From: Octopus bimaculoides
Taxonomy: Eukaryota
Length of the DNA stretch: 64,000 nt
NCBI RefSeq assembly: GCF_001194135.2
Contig: NC_068993.1
Coordinates: forward strand, 56,889,917-56,953,916
Direction of reading: 5' to 3'
Position numbers and translations under genes: made by a program. The number at the start of each line of letters is the position of its first letter. Within the stretch, counting starts at the first letter, position 1. Under the pieces are notes generated by a model that was given only the letters and a program-made list of their open reading frames with translations, did not search any database and had not been told where the DNA came from. Shown one piece after another: positions 38,930 to 51,192 of the stretch.

Positions 38930-39100
38930 TGTCATTGAATCTCAAGCGATGTTAAAATCCCGTTGCTTGTCTCTTGAAAGCTGGAAATTCAAGATTTATG
39001 AGGATTGCTTCCGCGATCTTGCCTTCGTGTATGTATTTGATCTTTTGTAGGTCGACAGCATGATAGATGAGCGATTTATGAGGGTTAACTTCGATATTCT
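38930..39100 (-). mobile_element. Possible Penelope-like GIY-YIG C-terminal remnant
   Basis: KIAEAILINLEFPAFKRQ resembles the KILEAxxIxxxxPxLNRQ end of PLE endonucleases; single motif only. Confidence 0.3.
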
Positions 39101-39339
39101 TCTATGTCTTGTTATTGTTATTGCTATTGTTTAGATCAAGGACATGTCATCGTCGTCGTCGTCGTCGTCATCGCCGACATCGTTGTCTTGTTCTTCTTGC
39201 TGTTGGTGTTGCTGGTGTTGTTCTTTTCTTCTTTCTCTTGTTTTTGTTCTTTCCCATTCTCTTCTTGTTCTTGTTCTCCCCTTCCTTCTCTTTTCCATGT
39301 TGGCGTTGTATTTGTTGTTCTTATTCTTCTCCATTTGCA

Positions 39340-39388
39340 TTAACTTCCAATTGTTGTTGTTGTTCTTGTTCTTCTTTTTCTTCTTTTT

Positions 39389-39460
<72 letters not shown>

Positions 39461-39470
39461 GTTACTATTA
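39340..39470. repeat. Compound (TTG)/(TTC)/(ATT)n microsatellite
   Basis: Direct inspection. Confidence 0.9.
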
Positions 39471-40500
39471 TTCATTTATTTTTCTCCATATTCTTCTCTT
39501 CCTTTTCCTTCCTTAAGGTGTCGTCATCAATGTACGAATGCAACAGATGTTATGCAGTCAACTCTAAACTGACCAATCCNNNNNNNNNNGTCAACTCTAA
39601 ACTGACCAATCCGAAGGCTCCATTGATCCTCTTCTCGCAAGAATATCAGCAACTGCGCTAAATCTTAACATTGGATTTGGATGGCCGATAATTAAGAATT
39701 CTACACCTTTTTCAAAGTTCCTCCGACAAAATAACGTCCTCTCTCTCTCTCTCTCTCTCTCTCTCCTTATATTTGTGGTTTAAAAGAGTAGGCATTGAGT
39801 GAGTTGATCTTCTGAATGCAACTCCAATCAGAATTTATTTTCCGAAAGTAAAATCCAATCAGTTGAGAAAGCCGACACGCTTGCTAACAAAACGTTCATT
39901 ATTTAGTATTTTCTGCTAAATGAACTACTGATGCAAAAGGTAAAAGAGAGAGATGTCCAGAGTTTATTTCTTCTGTTAGTGTTTCTGCTATTGTTTAGGC
40001 ATCACTACTAAAGAAGGACGGAAGTGTTTCAATGCATGTTTAAGGCTGGCAAACATGCATAATGTAAAGACGCGGGAAAGAACGAATTTCTATGCGATAT
40101 ATCACAGAGTAGAAATCCTTATGAAATAATGATGCCATTAGCATGGGTAACAGCACGTAAACTTTATATTATCTGGAGTAGTTCTGTCAGTGACAGAAAT
40201 AAAATACTCTGTTTTTCAAAGGTTACATTGAAATAATGAGATTAGATAATTTCCTACGTCTCAGTTGACGTCAAGGTAAACTAGTTTAATACAGATTAAG
40301 ATGCTGGGTCCGTAACGAGAAAAAATATATCGAGCCTACATGAATTTTTAATAAATTGACATTAAAGTGAGATGGACATTCGTGATTGTTAATGAGGTTT
40401 ATTCAAAATAAGAAAAATGATTAAAAATAGTAAGAAGTCGGAAATTGGTATTGCGGATATTAAAAATGGAAACGTTGATGTTTAGTCAGTCCTGATGACA

Positions 40501-40543
40501 ATTCTGGATATGTTTCTGCCTTATCAGACCTCCTCAGTGAATC
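40501..40543 (-). ncRNA. Degenerate minimal hammerhead motif
   Basis: Minus strand: AUUCA-CUGAGGA-GGUC(UGAUAA)GGCA-GAAA-CAUA-UC-CAGAAU. Core intact; mismatches at the base of stem II, in helix III and in stem I. Confidence 0.45.
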
Positions 40544-40554
40544 ATATACTCCTT

Positions 40555-40870
40555 TTATTCTTTGTAAGCCTAGTACTTATTTTATCGGTCTCTTATGCCG
40601 AACCGCTAAGTTACGGGGACGTAAACACAACAGCATCGGTTGTCAAGCGATGTTGGGAGAACAAATACAGACACACAGACACACATATATCTATACATAT
40701 ACATATATGCGACGGGCTTCTTTCAGTTTCCGTCTACCAAATCCACTCACAAGGCTTTGGTCGGGCTGAGGCTATAGTAGAAGACACTTACCCTAGGTGC
40801 CACGCAGTGGGACTGAATCCGGAACCATGTGGTTGGTAAGCAAGCTACTTACCACACAGCCACTCCTGCA
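40555..40870 (-). mobile_element. SINE family B, lacking the extreme 3' module
   Basis: Reverse complement of head through gaataa. Confidence 0.9.
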
Positions 40871-41696
40871 CTATATACTAATACTCGTGTAGCAAAACGA
40901 TGAAATGGCTGTCAAAATTTTAAGTTTCTCTGGAAAAATCTTTCATTGACTAAAGGAAAAGATATACTGGAAAAATGTACAGACGTGTTTCCTGTATAAA
41001 TAACATACGCAGAAGTACAGCTTAACTTGTTAAATGTAATGAGTAACCATGAATATTTAATCTATTGAAATTACTTTTTTAATGAGAAGGAAAATAATTA
41101 CAGTTAATGACAATTGTTCTCAAGAAAAGAAAGGGAGGGAAATGCAAGATTCAAATTGATTAAAACTTCAATGTGGTCATGAAATGTGTTTGCCTTAAAG
41201 GAATATGATTGAAACATTTCTACTTCAGCCGCTAATAAGTGCTTACTTGTATTGTGTTTGTTGTTGGTCTCAGGTCGGCGAGATTGGAAAGACGTACGAT
41301 CAAAGCCGTTCAGCCTTGGCTATCCTCTCTCTCTTTGTGAGTTGTGTAGGATTGTATTGTCTAATGTAGTCTTCTAAGTGCTTTATTCGCTTCAGTGTTA
41401 TTGTGTGTTAAAGCTGGAATCAGAGAAAAGTGACGATGGCAATTGAAGTATTTACAGGAAAACTGAATTCTGCTGAGAAGAGTGAAGGGTTTAACATTAC
41501 TGTGCGTTAGTTGCTTGTTCGTGGGCTTAAGGTTAAAGCGTATAGCTCATGATCATGAAGTCGTGATTTCGATTCCTGGACTATGTGATCAGTTACGACT
41601 TCTCGCTAGGAATTTCATGTTCCTCTACTCAAATGAGTACCAGCCTGGTGCTAATATAGGTTTCTCTTTATCCGTCTCTTTATATCTCTCTCTCTT

Positions 41697-41735
<39 letters not shown>

Positions 41736-42154
41736 ATCTCTCTCCACCCGGCTATCACATCGTGAATGTTACACGAGATCAAAGTAGGAGAACCAAGAGG
41801 GCGTGTATGTTGACTCACGAATACATATCTACCTAAAACAATTAACAAAACTGTGGGATATAACTGGTTATGGTTTATGTATAAATAAATTTACTTATAT
41901 ATCTGCATCTATATCCACATCGATAACTATCAATTTATCTGAAGGCCTGTCTGGCTGCCTACATGTATGTCTTTCTCACTCTCTCTTTCTCTCTCTTTCT
42001 TTATCATATCATACAGGGGTAATCATGACCTACGCCTGGAATAACTCAACCCTCGTGTTTAAATATATAGATATCATAATCTGACTTGATGCCTGATGTT
42101 TTCCTGTTCATACTTTTATTGGCTCAAAGCGAACAAGTTCAAGGTGAGAGGGTA

Positions 42155-42273
42155 AATCCCGACAGGATTGAAAGTCAAAGTCTACGCCGGCAGCATTTGA
42201 GTTCAGAACGTAAGGATGGATGAAATGCCGGTAAGTATTTTGCCTGGCGTGCTAACTGTCAGCTCACCGCCTT
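42155..42273 (-). mobile_element. SINE family A head/core fragment, diverged
   Basis: Reverse complement aaggcggtgagctgacagttagcacgcc...gaactcaaat. Confidence 0.7.
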
Positions 42274-43261
42274 ATTGTGCTATATTATATTATATCATAT
42301 TATATATATANNNNNNNNNNNNNNNNNNNNNNNNNNNNNNNNNNNNNNNNNNNNNNNNNNNNNNNNNNNNNNNNNNNNNNNNNNNNNNNNNNNNNNNNNN
42401 NNNNNNNNNNNNNNNNNNNNNNNNNNNNNNNNNNNNNNNNNNNNNNNNNNNNNNNNNNNNNNNNNNNNNNNNNNNNNNNNNNNNNNNNNNNNNNNNNNNN
42501 NNNNNNNNNNNNNNNNNNNNNNNNNNNNNNNNNNNNNNNNNNNNNNNNNNNNNNNNNNNNNNNNNNNNGAAGAGCAAGTAAGAGAGGTTTTTTGTGGGTT
42601 GCAAGCATTGTGGTGGAAAAAAAGAAAGAAAACGGCGAAGAAGGGACTGAAGATGTTGGGTGAAGGAGTGAAGGTCAGGCATGGTGAGAGGATGTGAATG
42701 TCGGTGTGGGTGTTATTAGTGGCGAGACAAGGGAAGGATGAGAAAGGTATATATATATATATAACTCATGTTATAGTTCTTATTGTTATTTAGACTCACT
42801 TCAGTCGTGATTTAGTAGACCTATGACACAAGAATCACCACCGACTGAACGATGAGGTGCATTTCGAAGTTCCACCTCTCCTGTTACATTGCAACTCCTT
42901 CTAATCTTGGAGTATCATTGAAGTTTATCATTAGCAATATGCTATGAGCTAATCTGTTTTATCTTATTCCACCGAGATATTTTTTCTCCATTTTGTGGTT
43001 GAAGGAAATTACATATTTATAATATAGTTTATACAAAGTCAGTTGGGATTCTTAGAGTCTAGTATAGAAAATTGGATTTCTGCTTAAATTCTGCTATGAT
43101 GTTATCTACTAACCTATTAATGTTATAAATATATTATTGACTAATATTTGCTTTTTTTCACTGTTAATTTGTATATCGATTAGTTCCAAGGTGGGAAATT
43201 ATTAAATGCGTTCTTCAGACTAACGATTTTACGGCAGACATTTTGAATTGTTCGTTTGCTA

Positions 43262-43525
43262 TTAATATATTACTATAAATTATATGCCTTCTAAAGCTAC
43301 AACATTAGAGCTACGGGGACACCATGTAATTCGCGTCTAATTTTGATTTTATATAAATATTATAATGAATTCTAGAAAAATATAATACTAATCCTTTTCT
43401 CGAATTCCTTATAATGTTATGTGAAATCAAAATTAGGCGTGAATTACATAGTGTCCCCGTAGCTCTAGTGTTGTAGCTCTAGTGCTGTAGCTCTGGAAGG
43501 CATATACTTTATAGTAGTAGTTTAA
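43262..43525. mobile_element. Fold-back (hairpin) element / MITE-like, TTAA at both ends
   Basis: Arms of about 115-125 bp (43266-43380 and 43395-43521) are reverse complements with a 14-bp spacer; TTAA sits symmetrically at 43262 and 43522. Confidence 0.75.
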
Positions 43526-43591
43526 TGGCAAACCATCAATTCAAACATACTGTTGTGCGGGACAGTATGTTACTGTCGCAGCGTTACTCAA

Positions 43592-43782
43592 GGAACAGGA
43601 AGAAAGAGTGAGAGAAAGTTGGGTCGAAAGAGTACAACAGGGGTCGTCACCACCCCCTGCCGGAGCCTCGTATAGCTTTAGGTGTTTTAGCTCAATAAAT
43701 ACGCACAACTCCCGATCTGGGAATCGAAACCGCGATCCTCCAACCGCGAGTCCGCTACCCTACCCACTGGGCCATTGCGCCT
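43592..43782 (-). mobile_element. SINE family C, 3'-truncated
   Basis: Reverse complement of aggcgcaatggcccagtgggtaggg...gtttcgattcccag. Confidence 0.88.
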
Positions 43783-43904
43783 CCTCTATAAGGTTTAGCT
43801 TTACTAATAATATGCCAGCCTACCGAATATATTTTGTTACTATCTCTCAGCGACCCAATTAACTTACTTAGGCTAGTGTCATTTTTGAAATATATATATA
43901 TATG

Positions 43905-43939
<35 letters not shown>

Positions 43940-43984
43940 CTGTATACGTGTGTGTGTGTGCGTGCGTGTGTGTGCGCACGCGTA

Positions 43985-44137
43985 TATGACGGGATTCTTT
44001 CAGTTTCGGTCTACCAAATCTACTCACAAGGCTTGGGTCAGCCTGAGGCTTAAATACGAGACCCTTGCCGTAGGTGCCACGCAGTGGAACTGAACCCAGA
44101 ACTATGTGGTTGGGAAGCAAGCCTCTTTACACATCGG
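43985..44137 (-). mobile_element. SINE family B 5' half, diverged, with adjacent (TG/TA)n
   Basis: Reverse complement of head and body; microsatellite at 43890-43985. Confidence 0.8.
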
Positions 44138-44299
44138 AGCACAACTTCCAGTGTACCTGTTTTAAAATGTTTTGATTTGGCTGCCATTTTTCGTAGTCCT
44201 AGCAAACATATAAAAGTTCTTTAATTAGGTCGGGTGTTAACGTTTCTTAAAATAACTCTATTGGAATCAAAGAGTCACATATTCACATTAATTATCCTA

Positions 44300-44960
44300 A
44301 TTTCGCTTATTCGCCACCTCATTACCTGCTTAGTTCTCCTATTTCTGAGGAGAGAAAATCAAATTTCGCTGATCGAACACATGAAAGAACAGCACAATAA
44401 CAGAATTAAAAACTAAATTAATGTTCACAACTACAAGATATTTTGTCTTTTAATCTTTATCCACAATACTCCAAGAGACACTAATCTGAGCTTTAATTAG
44501 AGATTGCCATCATTTTACAGCTCAATCAATTCGGTACTTTATTTATTTATTTATTTTTTGTCTGTTTAGAGTTCGTTTAGAACAGATCTGATAATAATGT
44601 AACGAACATATTTTTGAACAACTCGGTATTGTATTCTGTATCTATATCTGGGAATTTCTTTACTTGCAGTGCGTTAAAATGCTCAGAAATCAATAGTATT
44701 TTCATTCCCCTTTCTATTATGTATTGCAACCACATATAGAAATATGGCTACGTTGCCTACCCTCACTTTGACAGCATGAGATTTAAAACTCATCCCTTAC
44801 AGCATTCATCTTGTCAATGAAAGCTAAAGCAATGTTTCCAGTTGTGCATAGCATGTTGAAATTTATCTTGTTTAAATGTTCAAAGATGGCAAGAAAATAA
44901 CACAAATTTGTAGATTCTTATAGAAGAATCTCACAAACATACATGATTTGGTTGAAATAT
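44300..44960 (-). mobile_element. Decayed hAT (Buster-type) transposase relic, copy 2
   Basis: Nucleotide similarity to 36165-36640 (e.g. gacactaatctgagctttaattagagattgccatcatt); minus frames LISEHFNALQ..FPDIDTEY and ELIEL*NDGNL*LKL..LWIKIK. Confidence 0.65.
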
Positions 44961-45375
44961 TATATAAAAGAAAACCTCCAAAGACTAAATATCTATCATA
45001 TTCTAAATAACATGATGTTTCTACAGAATTCGTGCTAGACACCTTGTACATTTATAATCCAGTCGAACGGTGGTCGGTGACAAGGTGGGATCTCTTCTCC
45101 GTTTGCTAGATTAAATATATGATTAAAAATATATGAACCTGTTAAAGGGCAGAAGAACATGTGACAGAGATGCCAACAATAAGTTGAAAGGGAAAAGGCT
45201 CCACCAAGTTATTTGCGTACTGAAAAAAATACATGATTATGCAACTAAGATAACTCAAATCCCGGAATTATAGAGAAGGTGAAAGACCGGGGGAAAATGA
45301 AGGAAATGGTTGAAGTCTCTTACGGTGCATCTATTATTTCTTTGGGTCATGGACTTTAATATGACATTCCGACAC

Positions 45376-45598
45376 AAGGCGGCGAGTTGGCAGAATAGTT
45401 AGCACACCAGGTAAAATGCTTAGCGGTATTTCGTCCGTTCTTCCGTTCAAAGTTCAAGTTCCGCCGAGGTCGACATTGCCTTCCAGCCTTCCGATGTCGA
45501 TAAAATAAGTTCCTATGGAGCATGGAGCACTGGGGTCGATGTAAACGACTTACACCTTCCCCCGATATTGATGGCATTGTGCCAAAATGTGAAACCAA
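45376..45598 (+). mobile_element. SINE family A, full length
   Basis: aaggcggcgagttggcagaatagttagcac, B box, core, tail ...gtgccaaaatgtgaaacc. Confidence 0.85.
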
Positions 45599-46289
45599 TA
45601 TGTTATTCCAATAATAAAGACTCTGCGTGATGGCCGATCTGCTAGAAATAGAAAGCAGCACCTCCTCAAACTACACCTTAGTTCCTTGCCAAAGAAAAGA
45701 AAAGAAAAAAAAACAAAACAAAGAACTTATTTCTCAGAAACAATTAGCCAACAACAATGGAAGTGAAAGTACCAACCCACCACCTCCATCACCACAACGC
45801 CATCAGCAACTACAATAAAATTGTTGAGCAAAACCGGTGAACCCTAAATGTTTATAATCGACTCGATAGAAATAGTAGCCAGTTCTCCTCACTGTCTTTG
45901 AAAATCGGAACAACGCAATGCATAATCGATTTCTGGATCCGAGAAATACTAAGACTACATAAATATCGCAACTCACAAGAAAAAACTTCAAAGATGATAT
46001 ATCATCATAGCATTTCTTATAGAATCTTCTCTTATGAACAACTTCGTGAAAGCTTTAGAATTAGACTTCCAGTTTCCCATCAGTAAAACACAACCATGTT
46101 CCAAGACTGATTCCAATATGAGAGAACTGCTAACATATATCGGATAATATTCTTTGCACACATACAGACATAAAAAGAAGAGATCAAGAGAAAATAGCCC
46201 CGAAATCAAAGACTTTGCAGCAGACATCAAACTACGTATGTATGGACATGTTCCAGCCGCTAACGCAAATAGCTATCATTTCCTCAGTA

Positions 46290-46377
46290 ACAACAACAAT
46301 AACAACAACAGCAGCAAAAACGACAACGACGACGACAACAACAGCAGGAGCTGCTGCTGCTGCTGCTGCTGCTGCTG

Positions 46378-46436
<59 letters not shown>
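46290..46436. repeat. Compound trinucleotide array (AAC)/(GAC)/(GCT)/(CTA)
   Basis: Direct inspection. Confidence 0.9.
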
Positions 46437-46523
46437 GCCACTTACCAAGTGAAATATTATCATTGTTAGTTAAGCACATCTGGTGTTATGTTTCGACGCT
46501 ATTATGAAAATAGAGGAATTTAC

Positions 46524-46765
46524 CTGTAAAAATATTTGACACTTATTCAGTAGACATGAAAAAACTCTGAGTTTCAGATGCCAGGGTGGGAGCGCACGCC
46601 AACATCTCTTCAGTTATCTGGCCATTGAAAATTCCTGTGAAAACTTTTTTACAGGAATTTTCAATGGCCGGATAACTAAAGAGATGTTGGCGTGGGCTCC
46701 CACCCTGGCATCTGAAACTCAGAGTTTTTTCATGTCTACTGAATAAGTGTCAAATATTTTTACAG
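46524..46765. repeat. Near-perfect 242-bp palindrome: 115-bp arms, 12-bp loop, 3 mismatches
   Basis: 46524-46638 versus the reverse complement of 46651-46765 differ only at gcgc/gccc, ttcag/tttag and atctgg/atccgg. Confidence 0.95.
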
Positions 46766-46898
46766 ATATATATATATATAAATTCTAGTGTACAGAAAGT
46801 CTACCACAAATTAATGTAAAATTTCCTCTATAATTGTATTTGGAATGGTGCTGTGACTAGGCCGTATACTCACTTATAAATAGACATATACTTAGACA

Positions 46899-46899
<1 letters not shown>

Positions 46900-46947
<48 letters not shown>

Positions 46948-46957
46948 NNNNNNNNNN

Positions 46958-46997
<40 letters not shown>

Positions 46998-47168
46998 GGA
47001 GTGAGAGAGGGCAGGGAGAGAGAGACAGACAGACACGCACACACACACATACACGTACCGTGCGAAAGAGAGCGTTCGAGATTGGTGTTGGCCGGAGAAG
47101 AACGTTGTAAAAGGAGGAAGAAATAGAGAGATGAAGTGAAGCAAAGAGAAATTAAACATCCACATAGA

Positions 47169-47246
<78 letters not shown>

Positions 47247-47345
47247 GAGAAAAGGGTGAGAGGGTGAGGGAGAGAGAGGAAGAGAGTGAGGGAGGGAGAG
47301 AGAGATAGAAAAGGAAATAAAGACAGTGAGAGAGATAGGAATAAA
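46900..47345. repeat. (GA)n-rich polypurine tract
   Basis: Direct inspection. Confidence 0.9.
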
Positions 47346-47564
47346 AGAGGGAGGAATAGAGAGTGTCGGTCCGAAGAGACAGTTAGTCGCAATCGTCTTG
47401 GAGATTAGATATCTAAACTTTGTCGAGTGGAGAGCAGAATTCAATCATGTCACGCGCTACTTCCAAATTGTGGTTTGAAGCATTGATTGGCTCATTAGGC
47501 TTTTCTTTGAGATCCAAATGTCTGATGTGGTTATTGACCACGAATGAGGAATAGTACTACTATT

Positions 47565-47636
47565 ACTAATAATAATAATAATAATAATAATGATGATGAA
47601 GATGATGATGACGATGACGATGATGATGATGTCATG

Positions 47637-47688
<52 letters not shown>

Positions 47689-47766
47689 TAATAATAATAA
47701 TAGCGCTGTTTATCTTGATGGGTATACTGGGCTTCGTATATTTTACGTTAGTCTCACTTTCATGGC

Positions 47767-47822
<56 letters not shown>

Positions 47823-47855
47823 TCTTATTATTTTTATTATTTTATTATTATTATT
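47565..47855. repeat. (AAT)n/(GAT)n arrays
   Basis: Direct inspection. Confidence 0.95.
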
Positions 47856-47959
47856 TCTTTATTGGCCACAGGGGCTGCCAAAATATTTTAGGACAATACA
47901 AAGACAACGTTTTGATTATGAAGATTTACATAAATTCGTATAAAGGATTTAAAAAAAAG

Positions 47960-48578
47960 TAATTATGATGAACAAAAAAATTAAGGCAACATCATTGGTT
48001 AACAAGAGGTACATGCTACCCAGGATCAACCATAGAACAATTACGTACCTTGAGTCACCCTGCTTACGAGATATGTCATACCAAGCGCTCCTTTCCTCCC
48101 CCGTACTTTTCATCATACAGCCCATACTTAAAGTGGGTCTATTCACTTGGGCCATTCTTTCTAATTTCACCCCCTAATTTACAAATTTATTTGGGAGCAG
48201 AACCTACCTCTCCACCCTCACTTTCGAGTGAAATAGAACTAACACGTTCCGATGAATCGCTAGATAACGTGAAAATACGCAGGGGTATTTTTTCAAGGTG
48301 ACACGTTTTCTCCGTTGCTCTGACAAGTATATTAAGAGAATCCAGACCTGCCTACGAGTTTATGAAAACCACGACAAGCATAACTCATCTACTTTATATG
48401 AATGACCTCCTTGCGGTGGGGAGGTTGTCTCCCTTGTCAGTAGATAGAACATGTGCTTTTGAGGCTAAAGAGTCTATAACTCTTATTTCTAGCAATGCTG
48501 GTACCTCCAGCACCCTGTTCACTGTTAATGACGGTGAATTATTTCCTTTTCGATTTTAAATTGCGTCTAGCCACTTTA

Positions 48579-48657
<79 letters not shown>

Positions 48658-49450
48658 TTCTTCTATATATTTAATGCGATAGAACTGGATTCTCTAATCC
48701 AATCAAGGAGACATAGGAATGCAGTTTCGGATAGATAAATGTGCACTATTAATTATGAATGGAGGCTGTAAGATAAAGCCTGATGGCATAAAATTATCAC
48801 AACATCATTAGATCGTTGCGGAATAATGAGGGATAAATATACTTAGGACTGAAGCAAGACGATAAGATAATGGATAGAGAAATGAAAAAGTCACTAAAGA
48901 GTCCAAGAGGAGAATTAGGAAGGCACCGAAAACGAAAATAAATGGAGGGAAATCATTAAAGCTATAGATATATGGGATATAATAATACTAAGATACCCTT
49001 CTCCCTTTCAAAGACACCCTGCTCTCTTTCGTAACGTCGTGCTGTAGAACATGGACAGAAGAAACGGACAGCTGCTAACGAGGGCCAACGCACTCTGTCG
49101 CAAAAATAATACTGATCGACTCTATCTGCCAAGAAAAGAAGGTGGTGGACAGTTACTAAACGCAAGACGATGTCGTTACTGAGATACTTACTGGGTCTCA
49201 AAAATTGTGGTGTGCAGAGTAAGGGGAGAATACTTTCGGTAGGGAGAGATACCAAAAAAACAAAAAACAAAGGGGGCTGAAAGAGTAGAAGAATTCAAAG
49301 AGAAAAACGGAGAATAGCAAAATAAACAAATGAAAAAAGAAACGAAAAGAAATTGCATGGCCAATTCCTGCAACAAGTCGCGATTGTTGGAAATGAAGAG
49401 AGCTGGCTTTAGCAGACGGACGGGGGAACTTTAAAGGAGACACAGAAACG
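47960..49450 (+). mobile_element. Decayed R4/Dong-type LINE RT fragment, interrupted by inserts and (CTA)n at 48579-48657
   Basis: WLTRG, NHRTITYL, ESLDNVKIRRGIF/QGDTFSPLL, SITHLLYMNDL, GMQFRIDKCA, YLGL, RLYLPRKEGG motifs in order. Confidence 0.8.
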
Positions 49451-49454
49451 CTGT

Positions 49455-49776
49455 TCGAACAAATCTACCCCAGGACTTATTTTGTTAATGTCTAATACTT
49501 ATTATGCTAGTCTCTTTTGCGAACTTTTAAGTAACGAGGCCGTAAACAAACCAACACTCTTTCTTGAGTGTTAGTGCCCCCCCCCCCCTAAATATACGAT
49601 GGGCTTCCACACAGTTTCTGTCTAGAAAATTCCCTCACAAAGAATTGGTAGGTCGGCTGGCGGCTATAGTAGAAGACACTTGCCCAATGTGCCATGCAGT
49701 GGAACTAAACCCGAAACTAGATTGGATAGCGGCAAAACAAGCTGCTTTGATGCACAGCCATGCCTATAATTATTTC
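49455..49776 (-). mobile_element. Old SINE family B-related copy
   Basis: ggctatagtagaagacacttgcccaatgtgccatgcagtgg and ccccaggacttatt segments. Confidence 0.7.
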
Positions 49777-51026
49777 TTTAAAAACATCGAAAAGAAATAT
49801 TAAGCTATTTACTTAATTTACAATAGAGTTGCACCTACTTGGGTGTAGTAATAAGAAGTCTTGAGCGTATACAACCGAAACTTAGTGAAATTAACAATGA
49901 AGATTAGACAACACTGACAAATACATAGTATAAAAATGCCTCATTTCAAGACATAGAATCTTATTGTATACTAAAAGGTTGGAAAAAAATGCAAATAGAA
50001 TTGCGAAATCATTATTATGAACTTCTTTTGGAGAATACCACGTTTGTCCAGGGAAATATTTACGTTATAAACAGTCCAAATAATTTTACGTACGCAAACC
50101 ATATATTTTCATGTGACACCATTGAAACATTTCGGGAGAGTGTTTTGTATTTTGTAGTGATATAACAAGAGTATTCTGTTAATATTTTATGATTTATATT
50201 ATTGCAGACTGGTGGGTTTTTAGTTCTTTTAATTATTAAGTTTCAACACCATTTCGAATAGGCATATAATAGCAGGAATTAGTTCTCAAGAACAAAATCA
50301 CTGAATGTATTTAATTTCCACATGTAAGATACTTACGTAAATTTGTAATTACCACAGCATGAAATAGAATTTTCGAAACATAACAAGATTTGTATTGATA
50401 AATATGATGCACAGTTGATTATAATTCATAAACAATGAGAACCGTTAGCACATAACCAGAGAAAACATATCACATACGTATGCATATTTAAAATATAATA
50501 AATCAGTTAGTTTACGTTGTTGTGTATTTCTCTTTTTAACAAAGCAATTATTTACATTTTCGATTTTTCTTTTTTTGTTTATATAGTAATTATGAGGAAT
50601 ACAATTACAGACGAAGGATTCCGTATTGTTGAGTGGGAAATCGAATCCACGTGTCTAATAATGTAGAGACATGTAATAGAGGTAGGTGTTCATCGTGGTA
50701 GTGATGATGACACTATATTATTACACACTCGTTTCTTTCTTCAGGGTAACAAATTCCAATATATATAGATTGTACATTAATATACTTATACACAAATATA
50801 TAACATATATGTATCAAATACATATATAATTATGTGCGGCATATGTATGTATGTATATATGTATGTATATGTTTGTATGTATGTTTGTATGTATGTATCT
50901 ATCTATGTATGTATATATATGTTTGTATGTATATATATGTGTGTTTGTGTGTTTGTGTGTGTATAGTTTATATATATATATATANNNNNNNNNNNNNNNN
51001 NNNNNNNNNNNNNNNNNNNNNNTATA

Positions 51027-51090
51027 TAGTGGCAGGTGTGGCTGTGTTGTAAGAAGCTTGCTTCCTAACCACATTGTTCTGGGTTCAAGT
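51027..51090 (+). mobile_element. SINE family B head only
   Basis: gtggctgtgttgtaagaagcttgcttcctaaccacattgttctgggttcaag. Confidence 0.7.
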
Positions 51091-51192
51091 TCTAAGAACA
51101 TGGACTATTCTATTTGCAAATTAGGTCGCTAGTACAAGAGAAATCACGAGAAATAAAGTGTGTTTATAAACACTTGCTTATACTTGCGTCTC

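Noticed and set aside
39554-39612. Direct repeat gtcaactctaaactgaccaatcc on both sides of a 10-N gap
   Set aside because: Typical unmerged contig overlap, an assembly artefact.
45890-46260. DFAADIKL and nearby RTE-like words
   Set aside because: Only one weak motif; order and spacing are not convincing.
46154-46507. ORFs with poly-N/D/C/Y or poly-T/A runs
   Set aside because: Compound microsatellite; no splice or domain support.
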